Assembly (NCBI GenBank): GCA_002104945.1
Contig: MCFH01000079.1
Span: 140,154-204,153, forward strand
DNA length: 64,000 nucleotides
Direction: 5' to 3'
DNA from: Piromyces finnis finn
Taxonomy: Eukaryota; Fungi; Neocallimastigomycota
A program made the position numbers and the translations under genes. Below the pieces are notes generated by a model. The model did no database searches. It was not told the origin of the DNA and saw only the letters and a list, made by a program, of their open reading frames with translations. This document shows positions 51,905 through 64,000 of the stretch, piece after piece; position 1 is the first letter of the stretch, and each line of letters opens with the position of its first letter.

Positions 51905-54457
51905 TTTCCCTATTATTATTAAACTGAATTTTTTAATGAAAAAAAGGTTAGAAGGAAGCATTTCATATAATGAAATCATGTTTTCCTGATGAATACCACA
52001 TGCAATAGTCATAGATTTATGAATTATTTTATAAATTTATGTTACTGGAAGAACAGATAGGATTTATTAAAAATAAGGTTTAATATCAAATATTAAATTA
52101 ATCCATTGACCCTGGTAAATTTATTAAGAAATATAATCATCTATATATTTTCTGATTTAGGTTGTTTTCTATTGTTTCATCCTATAGAGTTGAATATATT
52201 GGAATATAATAATTTAATATATTATAAAAAATAAATTATTTTTTATTTAATTTAATTTTTATTTTAATTAAAAATTTATTAATAATAATAAAGGTCACTG
52301 CCAATTTCTTAGCCATTTAAGCAATAATAACCAAAACAACAATAAAGCAACAAAAAGCACCAAAAAGCAAGAATAACAAGAATATAGAATCAATAATGAT
52401 TTTCATTCTATTAACAATTTTTCAAAATATATTATACTTTATAACATGAATTAAGCTTTAACTCTGCCTTTGCCAAACAACTTATCAGAAAGAAATTGGC
52501 ATTGTCATTCACACCCAGATTATTAATAAAAAAAAGTCCTATATATTATTGCTAACACTTTTATTTCTTTCTGCCTCAAATAATATTTATTATATAATAA
52601 TATTTAATAAATGATATTTATATACTACTAATAAATAAAGATATAAGATATATATCCATTTATCCATGGGTAAATACTAAATAGGAATACTATTAATATA
52701 TAATCAAAGGATATAATAAAGGATAATAAATAATACGATTTATTGCATTTATTATTATTTATTAGTACCTAGTATAGTCTAGTATTTATTAGTATCGATT
52801 TATGATTTATAAATAGTATTCATAACAGTCCTATTATTATTCTATTATTCATAGTTTTATTCTATATAAATGGTATTAGAGGATTTCATACTTTAAAGAT
52901 AAAAAAAATCAATGATTTCTATAATTTTAAAGTTATCTAGTAAAAACTTTAAAAAGTTTATTTTCATTTATTTTTTTCAAAAAAAAATAAAAACAATCTT
53001 AATAACTTTAAAAAAATACACAAATATTTCATTGGTCCCTCATTAAAATAAGCTTTTATAAAAATTGTATATTAAAGTTTAACCATCCATTTTCATAATT
53101 CAAATAATATTATTTTAATATTATTAAATTATCCATATAGGTTTAAATTATTTCATCCATCCAATAAATTGAATGCATCTTTTTTTAAAAAAAGTTTATT
53201 TATTAATAAAAATTTTAATAAAAATTTTAATATAAAATATTTATATTAGAGTAATTATATAGATTATATATATAATTTATTTCTAAAAAAAATTAAAACT
53301 CTTGTAGATCATATGATAATAAAATTAAAATGATTTAATTATAAAATATATAGGAAATAGGTATAATCTATAGAATGCTTATATTTGATTATATTATTTC
53401 ATATATTAATTAAATAAAACAATTTAAAATGAGTGACTATTGAAATGACTAATTCTTTTATATCGTTAAATTGTACGACAGCTGCTACTAGCATCAAGGC
53501 TTAAATAAAAATTAGGCGATAATAAAAATTTAACCAACCAATCAAGCAACAACAAAAAATATAACAACATTAATAGCAACAATAAGCAGCATGTAATAAT
53601 AAAGAACAAGTAGCCTAGTCATGGAATGAATAGTCATTAATCTAGGCAAACAAATCAGACAAATAGGAAAACGTTTTTATTTTATTTAAACCTGTTTTTT
53701 TTTTTATCAAACAATGACTCAAGATTTGGTTTTGAGTCATTGTTTGATGAAATTGGTTTAATTCAATTTTATTTTTTTTTTTATAGAAAGTATAAAGAAA
53801 ATATACTTTTTTTATGAACCAAAAGACATTTTCAAATAGAATATTATGCAAAAAAAAAAAGTTTTTAATTTCAAAGTCGAAGTATGTAAATGATGTTGGA
53901 TAGAATATGTATTTATTTTTATTATTAGTTTTTTTTAATTCCTTTTTGCAATTAATACAAATATATATAAATTAAATTGATACATTTCCTAAAAAACATC
54001 CATTTGAAAAAGATACATTCTATGAATTTAAATGTAAACAAAAAAAAAGGTTTTATTTTATAACAATGAAAGATATAATGTATTTATATAATATATATAT
54101 AAAATTAAAGTATTTTTAATCCTTTCATTATTCTTTTATCATCAAGTCTAGTCAGAGTGATGATATAAAATATGTCTTTTTATTTTTACTTTTTTATTTT
54201 TGTACATTTTATATTTAATTAAAATAATTAAAAAAGCATGTTCATTGGTTTGTTTCCAATACAAAATAAAACAAAACCTTAAATATTATATTTTTTTGAA
54301 ATTTTAATATTAATTTTTTTAATTTATTTTTTAATTTAAAAAAAAACATATTTAAAAAAAATAAATTAATAAAACACTACTTTTTTATAATTAAAATATT
54401 TATGAAAAGACAAAAGAATGATGTAATAACAAAGTTTTATTTTTTTTTTTTTTGGAT

Positions 54458-54557
54458 ATTACTACTAATAACACCATTTAATTATTTTAGGTAATAATCA
54501 ATAGTTCATTACTACTAATAACACCATCTAATTATTTTAGGTAATAGTCAATAATTC
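54458..54557. repeat. Two-copy 50-bp tandem duplication
   Basis: attactactaataacaccat(t/c)taattattttaggtaata(a/g)tcaata(g/a)ttc starts at 54458 and again at 54508. Confidence 0.9.
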
Positions 54558-56106
54558 ATTCTTTTTTTAATTTTAAATATTTTTAAACTATTATTATAAT
54601 TCCACATAATGTAATAAATCATGTAAAATGCGAAAATGTAATTAAAGGATGACGAAAATAAAAAGGAAAGTTTTTTTTTTTATAAAAAAAAATGTTTTTA
54701 ATATTAAATTCTATTATTTAATAAAGTTTTATGCTAATTTTAATATATAGAATAACTTTTTTTTTTAAAAAAAATATTAAATACTTCTAATAATAGGTTT
54801 AAATTTAAAACTTGTAAAAATGTAATTAATATAATTTTTATTCTAATTAATAACTCTCATTAAAAATAAAATTTTTTTAAAACTAAAAAAACAAAACAAG
54901 CTTTGAATTTTATCGGAGTTGAAATTTAATGGATATTTCATAGTGTTATTATTTAGTGTAGCCTGTTCATTTCTTATTTATTTATTTCTAAATAGTGATT
55001 TCATTTCATAAATAAATCTAGAGTTGAATATTTTTTTTCTTACATTAAATGGTAATTTTATTAATATTTATACTTTTTAGTAAGAATAGGAAAACACCAA
55101 AAATCAAACAAACAAATAAAGCATTGCTTTAATAAATATTATTTTAGTATTTAGTTTTTATTAGAATACTGAATTTTTATGTCAAACTCTCTATTTTTAA
55201 ATTTCAAACCTTTATGAAATCTAAAAAACTTTAATAATTTTAGAATTTTTAATTAAAAATTTTATTTGTATATTTTTAGAACACCACTATAAATTAATGT
55301 ACAATAAATCTAGTGTAATACACTACAAAATATATTCTATTGGACATGGTATGTGAAGCATTGTAAATATGAATTTTGAATTTTTTATTATGTGTAATTT
55401 TAATATATATTTAAAATTTTATTGGTTAATGAAATACTAGTACAAAGGTGTTGTTGTTATTGTTTTTAATTTACCATAATTCCTCTTTTTTTCTTTTGTA
55501 TAGGTGTTGTTGGCTTAGTGTTATTTGAATATAACCATCAAAAAGTCAACTAAATAATTTATTATTTAAAAATTTACTACCAACTAACCAATTCAACTTT
55601 TAAAAAATCATTAGCATCTGAAATGCATGTATCATGTATTTTTTATGTATATCTGTGTAAATTCATGTTTCATTCTTTTTAAAAAAAAACGTAAACAATA
55701 TACCTCGTCTAAACATTCCTTTTTTAATAATTTAACACTACTCACTTTTTATTTGTAGCTATTTTTAGAAATAGTTTATTTCCCTTTTTTTTTAAAAAAA
55801 AGACTACATCATCATCTTTTTTTTTTTTGAAATTTATTTATTTATCTTTATCCATTTATTTTAATTAATAATTTATTTAATTCTATATATAATATCTATT
55901 GAATTATAATTTAATCGACATGTTTTTTAATACAATATTATTTTTAAAGTATTATTATTATTACTCATCATTTTTAATAATCTTAATTTAATAAAAACAA
56001 TTTTAATTGTTATATTAATTTTATAGTGTAACTTTGAATAAACAATTTTTCATATTAAAAAAATGCTCAATAGAAAAATTAAAATGGAAAAGGAAATGTT
56101 CAGTTG

Positions 56107-56258
56107 AAAAAAAAAAAAGTTTATTCATTAACACCTTCTTTTTCAATAATAATAGTAAAAACTATAATTAACAAATTTATATGAAAAAAAAAAAGTTTAT
56201 TCATTAACACCTTCTTTTTCAATAATAATAGTAAAAACTATAATTAACAAATTTATAT
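56107..56258. repeat. Two-copy 76-bp tandem duplication
   Basis: gtttattcattaacaccttctttttcaataataatagtaaaaactataattaacaaatttatat starts at 56119 and again at 56195. Confidence 0.92.
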
Positions 56259-59200
56259 AAAGACAACAACTTTTTAAATACTCAATAATAATTCTTTGAA
56301 TAGAATTATTGTTTTTTTTTTTTTTTGTTATAATTAGAAATTGGCATTTTAATAGGAATTAAAATTTTAAAAATTCAAATGAAGTTAATATAAAATAAAT
56401 TAATTTTTTTTGTTCTTCATCTGGGTCTAGACCTTTACCAAAATTTTAACTTTAAAAAGTTTCATATCACATGACTTCATTTAATATAATTTTAATTTAA
56501 TTTCTATAATTTTATTTTATAGTAATTTTTATATTAAAAATTTCACCAAATTTTTAAAATTTTCATTCTTTCATAATTTGGATGGAATGAGAATTATAAT
56601 TAAGAGAGGGGAAAAAAAAACCTGTGACGATGTTGATCTAATAATGAATTAAAAGGTAATAATAATTATTTTTTTTTAAAAAATTATCCCTCATTCTTTA
56701 ATAAAGTATATAATTTAAAAAAAATTGGGATGAAAATATTTTGTCAAAAGATGTATCACCAAAAAACTTTTTCTATCGATTTAGAAAATTATTCATTGAA
56801 ATAAATAATCTATCTAGAATGAATAATATAATTATTAAGAATGAATGAGAGTGTGGTAATATAAAAAAAAAGACTTACTGTTGCCTGTGCTGCCTATTAC
56901 ACTATATCACAATGTATACAATGTATGTTTAAAGAGAAATGGTAGTTAATAATACTTCTTGTTACCTATGTTCTATTGGTTTAATGACTAATATTTAAAT
57001 TTTTGTCCATTTTACTGATGCACACACTGAAAAATATAAAATAAATATAAAGAGTCATCAAATTCTATTCTTATAAATTAATATTTATATTAAAATATAA
57101 ATTAATATATGGTATTGTATATAGATTTTCATATTCTAGTATAAATTTGATTTAAATTTATTTTTATTATAAAATAAAGTTACACCATTTGAAGTTTCCA
57201 AACTTTAAGATTTTTTAACAATTTTTTTAATCTATTTTAACCAATAAAAAATTAAAGTTTATTTATTACTAAAATTAATAATACTATGTTATATTAAATT
57301 CAGTCTAAAATCAATATATTCATATTTTATAAAATTGATTATCTCATATATTCTATAGTATAATAATATATATTTAATATACATATTTAGTATATATTAA
57401 AGTGTAACTATAAATGAATATAAACTATTTTTTTATCCAATAATTAAAATAAAAAATAATTTATCATTCAAGATGCACATTCCTAACCATTTTAATGTTT
57501 AAATTTAATATAAATTTGTCAACATTATTTAACTCTATTTTTGTACTATTGTATACATTACAATAAATTACAAACAAACAAACAAAAGGATCCTTTTAAT
57601 TTAAATGAATAAAAAAACAAAAGTCTCAAGAACAAAAGAAAAAATGAAAAAAAAAAAAGGTCAAAAAATCATTTTATAATTATGAATGAATAGTATAGAT
57701 TATTGTTCAAGATCCTCCCATTATTCTACATTATATTGATAAATAATTATTAAAAATTTATAATGCTAATAATAATTCATGATTAATTACTATAATTATT
57801 TAAATATCTAAAAATAGATTTATAATATTCTATATACGATATTTCTTGTATAAAAAAAAGTGTTTGCCATAAATTCTAAATTTTTATAATTAATATTATT
57901 AGGGTTAAAAAGGTTCCATTTGTAATATTATCTGTCTTTTGTATAATTAATTTTTTATTCATGAGATTTGATTTTTTAATTATAACTTTATTAAATAAAT
58001 TATAGTAGTAGTAATAATAATAATTTTTTTTTTAGTCTAGACTCGATTTTATATTTATATTAAAAGAAAAATGATAGCCGGTAAACCGTATTGGTTCCTT
58101 TTTTTTAATAATAATAATAATAATAGATAGATTATTTTGAATACTATGTAAAGGTAAAAATTTTGGTACTGAATAATATTTTGATCATCCTACTTTATAA
58201 ATGAATAAATATTTATTAAAGGGATGAACATACATTGAATAATACTAAATATATTATTTAACCTGTGAATTATATGAACCAAAAAAAAATATTTAGTGGA
58301 TGAATAATATTAATTAAGGTTCACAAAAAAAAATAATAATAATAACATCATCCTTAATTCTTTCTATTTTTGTAGGAAAAGTAGAAAAGTAAAATAGACT
58401 ATTTTTTATTTTATTTTAAAAATAATAATAACTTATAGATATTTTTATACAATAGAATAAATGGATTATTTTATTTTTAAAAAGGAGATAAAAAAAAAGA
58501 CTTCAATGTCACTCCTGTTTTGTCATTGTCATAATAGAATCAACGGCGGGATATTAGATTTATTTTGATTAATTGGATAATCATAATAATAAAGAAATAA
58601 TTTACAATTATCAATAATACATTTTATAAACGACGTATTAATGTATTATTTTTAAAAGATGAATTAGGGTTGAATCTTTTTTTTTTTTTTATTTATTTAT
58701 TACCGTCATGTTTATCATCATGCATTTAGGAAGTGATTAATTTAATGGATATGGAATGGTCATCATGGTTAAATGGTTAAATAATTTTAATGTCTCATAA
58801 TAATAGGATCATTTAGAAAAAAGAAGAAAAAAGGCATTATAAACTCAATAAACTTTATTAATAATAATTTTTTTTTTATTTAGGTTTATCAATAATTATG
58901 GCATTTTATAAATTTCCTTTTTTTATGTGGTATAAGCACTCCATGAATTCAATACAGAAAATTTTGATCTGCTGACTCGTTCTAGAAGGAAATTTTAGGA
59001 AAAGCCTGCGAATGTTAGGGAAAAAAATATACATTTTTTTTTAAATCATACATTCTATAAAATTTCAATAAAAATCTGTATATTTCTTGTTGTCATGTTG
59101 TCTGCCATAAATTATCGGCAATAATGATTGAAAGATATCAACTAATATTAATTAATAATTATTGTAGATACAAAAAAAAGAAACTATGGTCTAATCATTT

Positions 59201-60342
59201 GTATACATTAATTGAAATGTGTTTGTCCATCGTCTGTATAATTTTTTTTTTTAGACAATAAAAAAAATTTATTTTATTTAGTATTATAAATAGGTTAGAG
59301 TTGTTTTCATTCATTTATTTATATATTAAATTCTATTCATAATAATATAAAAATAAATTGAAATATATATTAAAATGCTTCATGAAGTTATTATTAATAT
59401 ACTATTATATATAAGGTATGATACCTTTCTAATATATTTATTTATATTCAAATATATTATATATAATTATTTACTATTTTTTTAAAAAAACTTTATTAAA
59501 TATAAATTTAAATATTATTATTTAATATATCATTTTTATACTAGAATATATTTTGTTATATATAAATCAATAATATCAGCATATATTTTTGAATAAACAA
59601 ATATATTAAAAATATACTTTAATTTTATTTTGTATAATTTTTTTTCTAGACTTTACACTTTATTTTAAATATGATGTTATTATATTAAAATAAATTAATA
59701 ATATATTGTTGATTTAATTAATATACATACTAGTAAATTATAATATATGTTTTAAATAAATTATCTCTTTAAGTCGTGTTATACAATAATAATATATAAA
59801 CTTTATTTAATAATGAATTTATTGGATTGATACAAATATATTACAGTATACTATAATATATTATATTCTAATATTAAAAATAGGGTCAATAGAAAAATGT
59901 TAATTTTTATAAATCATATAAATATACCCTTTTATCCTCAAAATTTTATGAAAATTTATTTTATTCTTTTATTATATTTTTACTAAATTTTAAGTAAAAA
60001 AGTGTTAGTTTGCTTAAAAAATAATAAAAATTATAAAAAAAAAAAGAAAAATATAAATTAATAAAAAAATTTTTTTATTTAAAAAGTCAAAATAAAAATA
60101 ATAAAAATTTAAATACCAAAACAAAAAAAAAAAGAATGAAATTTTAGTTTTAAATAACTAAAAAAAAAGATAAAGAAATTAATTTAAGTTTACATTCAAT
60201 TAAAATTTGCAAACCAAAACAAAAAAAATAGGATAGTAATTCTATATTAAAATATAATTTTATCAATCAATAAAATTATTATTGTGAAGTATCGTAAAAA
60301 AATAAAACAAAATACATAATAAATAAATAAATAGTATATAAT

Positions 60343-61063
60343 ATGCCAACAAGAACTGTTAGTAGTTTCAACATGTATGAAATTCAAAAGTCTAACTATA
60401 TTGGTATGTATATTAATATATTAAAAATTAGTATAAAATTATTCTTGAAATATGTATTAATTGAAATATATAATTATTATATACTCATTAGCTCCAGAAA
60501 TGAATACATATAGAAGTAACAAGCGTAGCAGTATTAGCTCAAATTATAGTTACTATAGTAACAAAAGTGATGAATATTATAAACCATTAAGTTCTGGTAT
60601 AATAGGTTTTACTGCTGAATTAGTTGCTGCAGTAATTCCATGTTCTGGATATAATGCTAAGCATCCAAAGACTCGTTATCTTCCAGAACTCTTACCTTTT
60701 ATTAATAAAGTTTGTAAGAAGTGTAGAGTTGAATTACGTACTATGCTCTACGCTTTAATATATGCTAAGCGTTTTGGTGAAGCTTTAGAACGCCAAGGTT
60801 CTAGTGCTAGAGGTGAATATGGCACTTGTCATAGAATATTTTTAGCTTCATTATTATTAGCAAAGAAAGCACAAGACGACGATGAAGTATTTTTTGATAA
60901 TAATCAATTGGCCGAATGCACAGATGGCATTTGGAGTGTTAAAGATATTGAAATGATGGAAAAGGCATTAGCCTCAACCATTGGTTTTGATTTCATAGTT
61001 GATGAAGAAACTATTAAGGGCTTTGTTGAAGAACATCGTTCTGAATTATGCTGGTTTCGTTAA
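60343..61063 (+). CDS. Pho85-type cyclin (Pcl1/Pcl2 family); 2 exons (60343-60403, 60492-61063)
   Basis: Cyclin-box motifs LPELLPFI..., TMLYALIYAKR, GEYGTCHRIFLASLLLAKK, WSVKDIEMMEKAL...IGFDF. The true ATG is upstream of the ORF-track start, across a GT-AG intron. Confidence 0.88.
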
Positions 61064-62280
61064 TCATAATATACCTTTTTAATATCATAAACATTAAACT
61101 ATGCTGGATATGCAAAAAAAAACATTGGCATTTTTAAAGCTAAACAAAAAGTAATCTCATCAAACATATATTAAAATACCAAATTCAAATGATAATTCGA
61201 AAAAAAGAAATGTTATTTGAAGCATTCACATAGCTAATTAATATAATGGATAAAATTCTTTATAATTGCGCTTAGTATCATTATTAACTTAACAAATTTT
61301 ATATATTTATATATATATAAAAAGTAATAAGAAATTAACATATTATAATGAATTTATAGTTGTTAATTTAAATATTTAATTTTATATTAAAAAACATCAT
61401 AGAATATTTATTTTAAGTATTTAATATTTATTTAAAAACACATATCGATATATTTAACATTTTTTATAGAAATTACAAAATTTATTATTTTATTTTAAAA
61501 ATTATTTAAAAATTATTCATATTATGCATAAACTTTTTAAAATATTGTATAAAGTCGTCAAAAATTGATTATGTATAATTAAAATAACATATACCCATAA
61601 ATAAAATAAAATAAAAATGCAAATAATAATTTAAAAAAAATAATAATAATAATAATGGAACCATTTAATAATTTTAAAATTTTTTAAATATTGGCATTTT
61701 TTTTTTTAATTTATTGGCTTAAAACAAAACAATTAATAGTGTATAATTAAAATTTAATTATTTGTTTTAGATATATCCTACTCGCCAACCAAATTAAAAA
61801 TTTAATGTTATACAACCTCCTATTTGATTCAAAGTCAAATTTTGGTATTGTAATGAATTGATTCACCAATACATTTTTAATCTTTCATTTTTAAAATAGA
61901 CTACCACCTATTGGTTAAATTAAATAGGAAATCCATACCTGTTGCCTAATTTTTTATTTATCATTTTATTTATTATAAAGTAAATAAAAAGGTGTGTGTA
62001 AAGTAAAATGGGGGGGGGGAAGTAAACTCTAAAGAAAGAAATAGTAGATTAGAAATATTGATAATATGAAAAATCTAGACATTTTTTTTTAATATTGACA
62101 AATCCTATGAGTCATAATTAGTAGTAAAGGTTTTATTTTAAAGGAAGGAGGCCCATCATTTAGGATAGGCCAATAGGGCTAATGCCTAGGATCAAATGAA
62201 TGGAATATTTATCTCCTAAATAAATTGAGGATTAAGATTTTTAAACTTGTGAAAAAAAAATAAAGTCCATTAAATTAATG

Positions 62281-62520
<240 letters not shown>

Positions 62521-62527
62521 ATTGTTT

Positions 62528-62804
62528 TGTTATAAAAAAAGTTTATTTATATTTATTAATAACTGATTATATTTTACATAATTATTTGAAAATTTACTCT
62601 TAGTTATACTAAAAGTGGCTTATGCCTTTAACAATGAATAATTTAATAAAATGAATTTAAATGTACAACGAAGTCATTCAAATAATCTAAAAATATCTTT
62701 CAATTATATTTAATTTCGTTGACATTTATTTAATCTTTGATTCATTCTTTGTATTCTAACATTCCCCTTCATTTAATCTTTAATTCATTCTTTGTATTCT
62801 AACA
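62528..62804 (-). repeat. Putative 3' LTR of the Copia remnant
   Basis: On the minus strand the PPT tgaaggggaa is followed by TGTTAG.... A matching ...ATAACA end lies at ~62528. Confidence 0.65.
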
Positions 62805-62811
62805 TTCCCCT

Positions 62812-63545
62812 TCAGATCAGAATGTTTTGATTGCCAAAAATTTGGTCTCTGAACATCTTCATCTTTGGTCCGCTAAAGTCCTTAGTAAGAGGATCAGCCA
62901 ACATTTTATCTGTTTTAATATATTCTAAAGTTACCTTTTTATTTTTGATATTATCTTTGTTGAAATAGAATTTTATGTCAATGTGTCTTAATCCATTATT
63001 TAGTTGTTCATTTTCAATAGTAGTTTTGCTGGCTAAATTGTCCGTATAAATTTTTATTGGTTTGTTGTAGTTGAATAATTCTTTTAAAATATTTTTGATA
63101 TTTAGTACTTTCTTGATACATTCAGACATAGCTGTTGATGTTGCAACCAATGATTGTTTCTTTGTTTGCCAACAGATAGGGTCATTTTTCATTAGTATAA
63201 TATATCCAGAGGTTGACTTCCTATCAGTTAAGTCGCCGGCAAAATCCGAGTCACTATAAGTTACAATTTCCCCTTGACCTTTATATGTAATTTTAAAGTT
63301 TTTTGTTTAATTTAAATATTTTAAAATATTGATTACCTTTTTCTAGTCATTACTACACATCTTGATACCTTGCTTACAGCAAATAATATATCTAGACGAG
63401 TACATTTTGATAAATAAATTAATGATCCCACTACAATCTTAAAGGTAGTTTTATCAAATTCCTTTTTATTTTCCTCTAATGTTGAATAATTACTTGCACA
63501 TGATGTATTAGTTGTAACGTATAAAGGTTTTGTACCTTTTCCAAG
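62812..63545 (-). mobile_element. Degenerate Ty1/Copia pol 3' fragment (RT C-terminus + RNase H), 5'-truncated
   Basis: VVGSLIYLSKCTRLDILFAVSK, YSDSDFAGDLTDRKSTSGY, ICWQTKKQSLVATST, IYTDNLAS, RHIDIKFYF and MLADPLTK. It carries in-frame stops, a frameshift and loss of the AEY motif. Confidence 0.92.
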
Positions 63546-64000
63546 AAATTGCTAATAACGGATTGGTAGTTATATTACAACTTTTTAAACTACTTTTTCA
63601 TTACCATATATTGTTTTATCTCGACAGTTATTGTACGAGCTTTAACAATACATAAATTTATAAAATATTTGATTTTATATCAATTATATTTTTTTTTATA
63701 ATAAACTATAAAAAATATTTAATAATTATTTTTATAATATCAAATTTATAATATATTTATAATTATTATTTATCATTGTTGATATATATTTCATATATAT
63801 TAATCAAGTATCAATAAAAAAAAAAAGGATAAGTAAGTTGGGAATTATAAAATAATATATTCTAATATGAATAACACAATAATAATGATAACTCAGTTTA
63901 AAATACAAAAGTAAATAATTAAGTTTTAAGTCTTTTTTTCTTTATTGTTTTAAATTTTTAGTTTTGTATGTTATAATAATAATTTAATTTATTACAACCT

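Noticed and set aside
63290-63350. Premature stops in the Copia fragment as evidence of RIP
   Set aside because: Only one stop (TGG to TAG) fits a CpA transition; too few sites without a family alignment.

Overview
Very AT-rich, intron-dense eukaryotic DNA, most likely from an anaerobic gut fungus (Neocallimastigomycota). This is inferred from base composition, GT-AG introns, CBM18 arrays and a succinyl-CoA ligase with an organellar presequence. Spliced by hand, the window holds these genes in order: the 3' end of an unknown gene, a p47/Shp1 SEP-UBX gene, succinyl-CoA ligase alpha, a Cdc34-type E2 (8-nt micro-exon, intronic 13 x 43-bp minisatellite), an Atg15-like lipase, an RS-RRM-RS splicing factor, an intronless low-complexity ORF with a PP1-docking-like N-terminus, a secreted plant-type LRR + 5 x CBM18 gene, an intronless bacterial-like transglutaminase/cysteine-protease membrane protein and a Pcl-type cyclin. 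Mobile DNA includes a MITE, a 1.5-kb inverted-repeat-bounded element, a tRNA-Ala-derived SINE with poly(A) tail and 17-bp TSD, and a dead Copia 3' fragment with a duplicated PPT/LTR start. The best leads are the LRR-CBM18 gene (one symmetric phase-2 exon per LRR), its transglutaminase-like neighbour, and the SINE. The ORF track misses most real exons, and most of its short ORFs are spurious. All analysis is manual; no searches were run.
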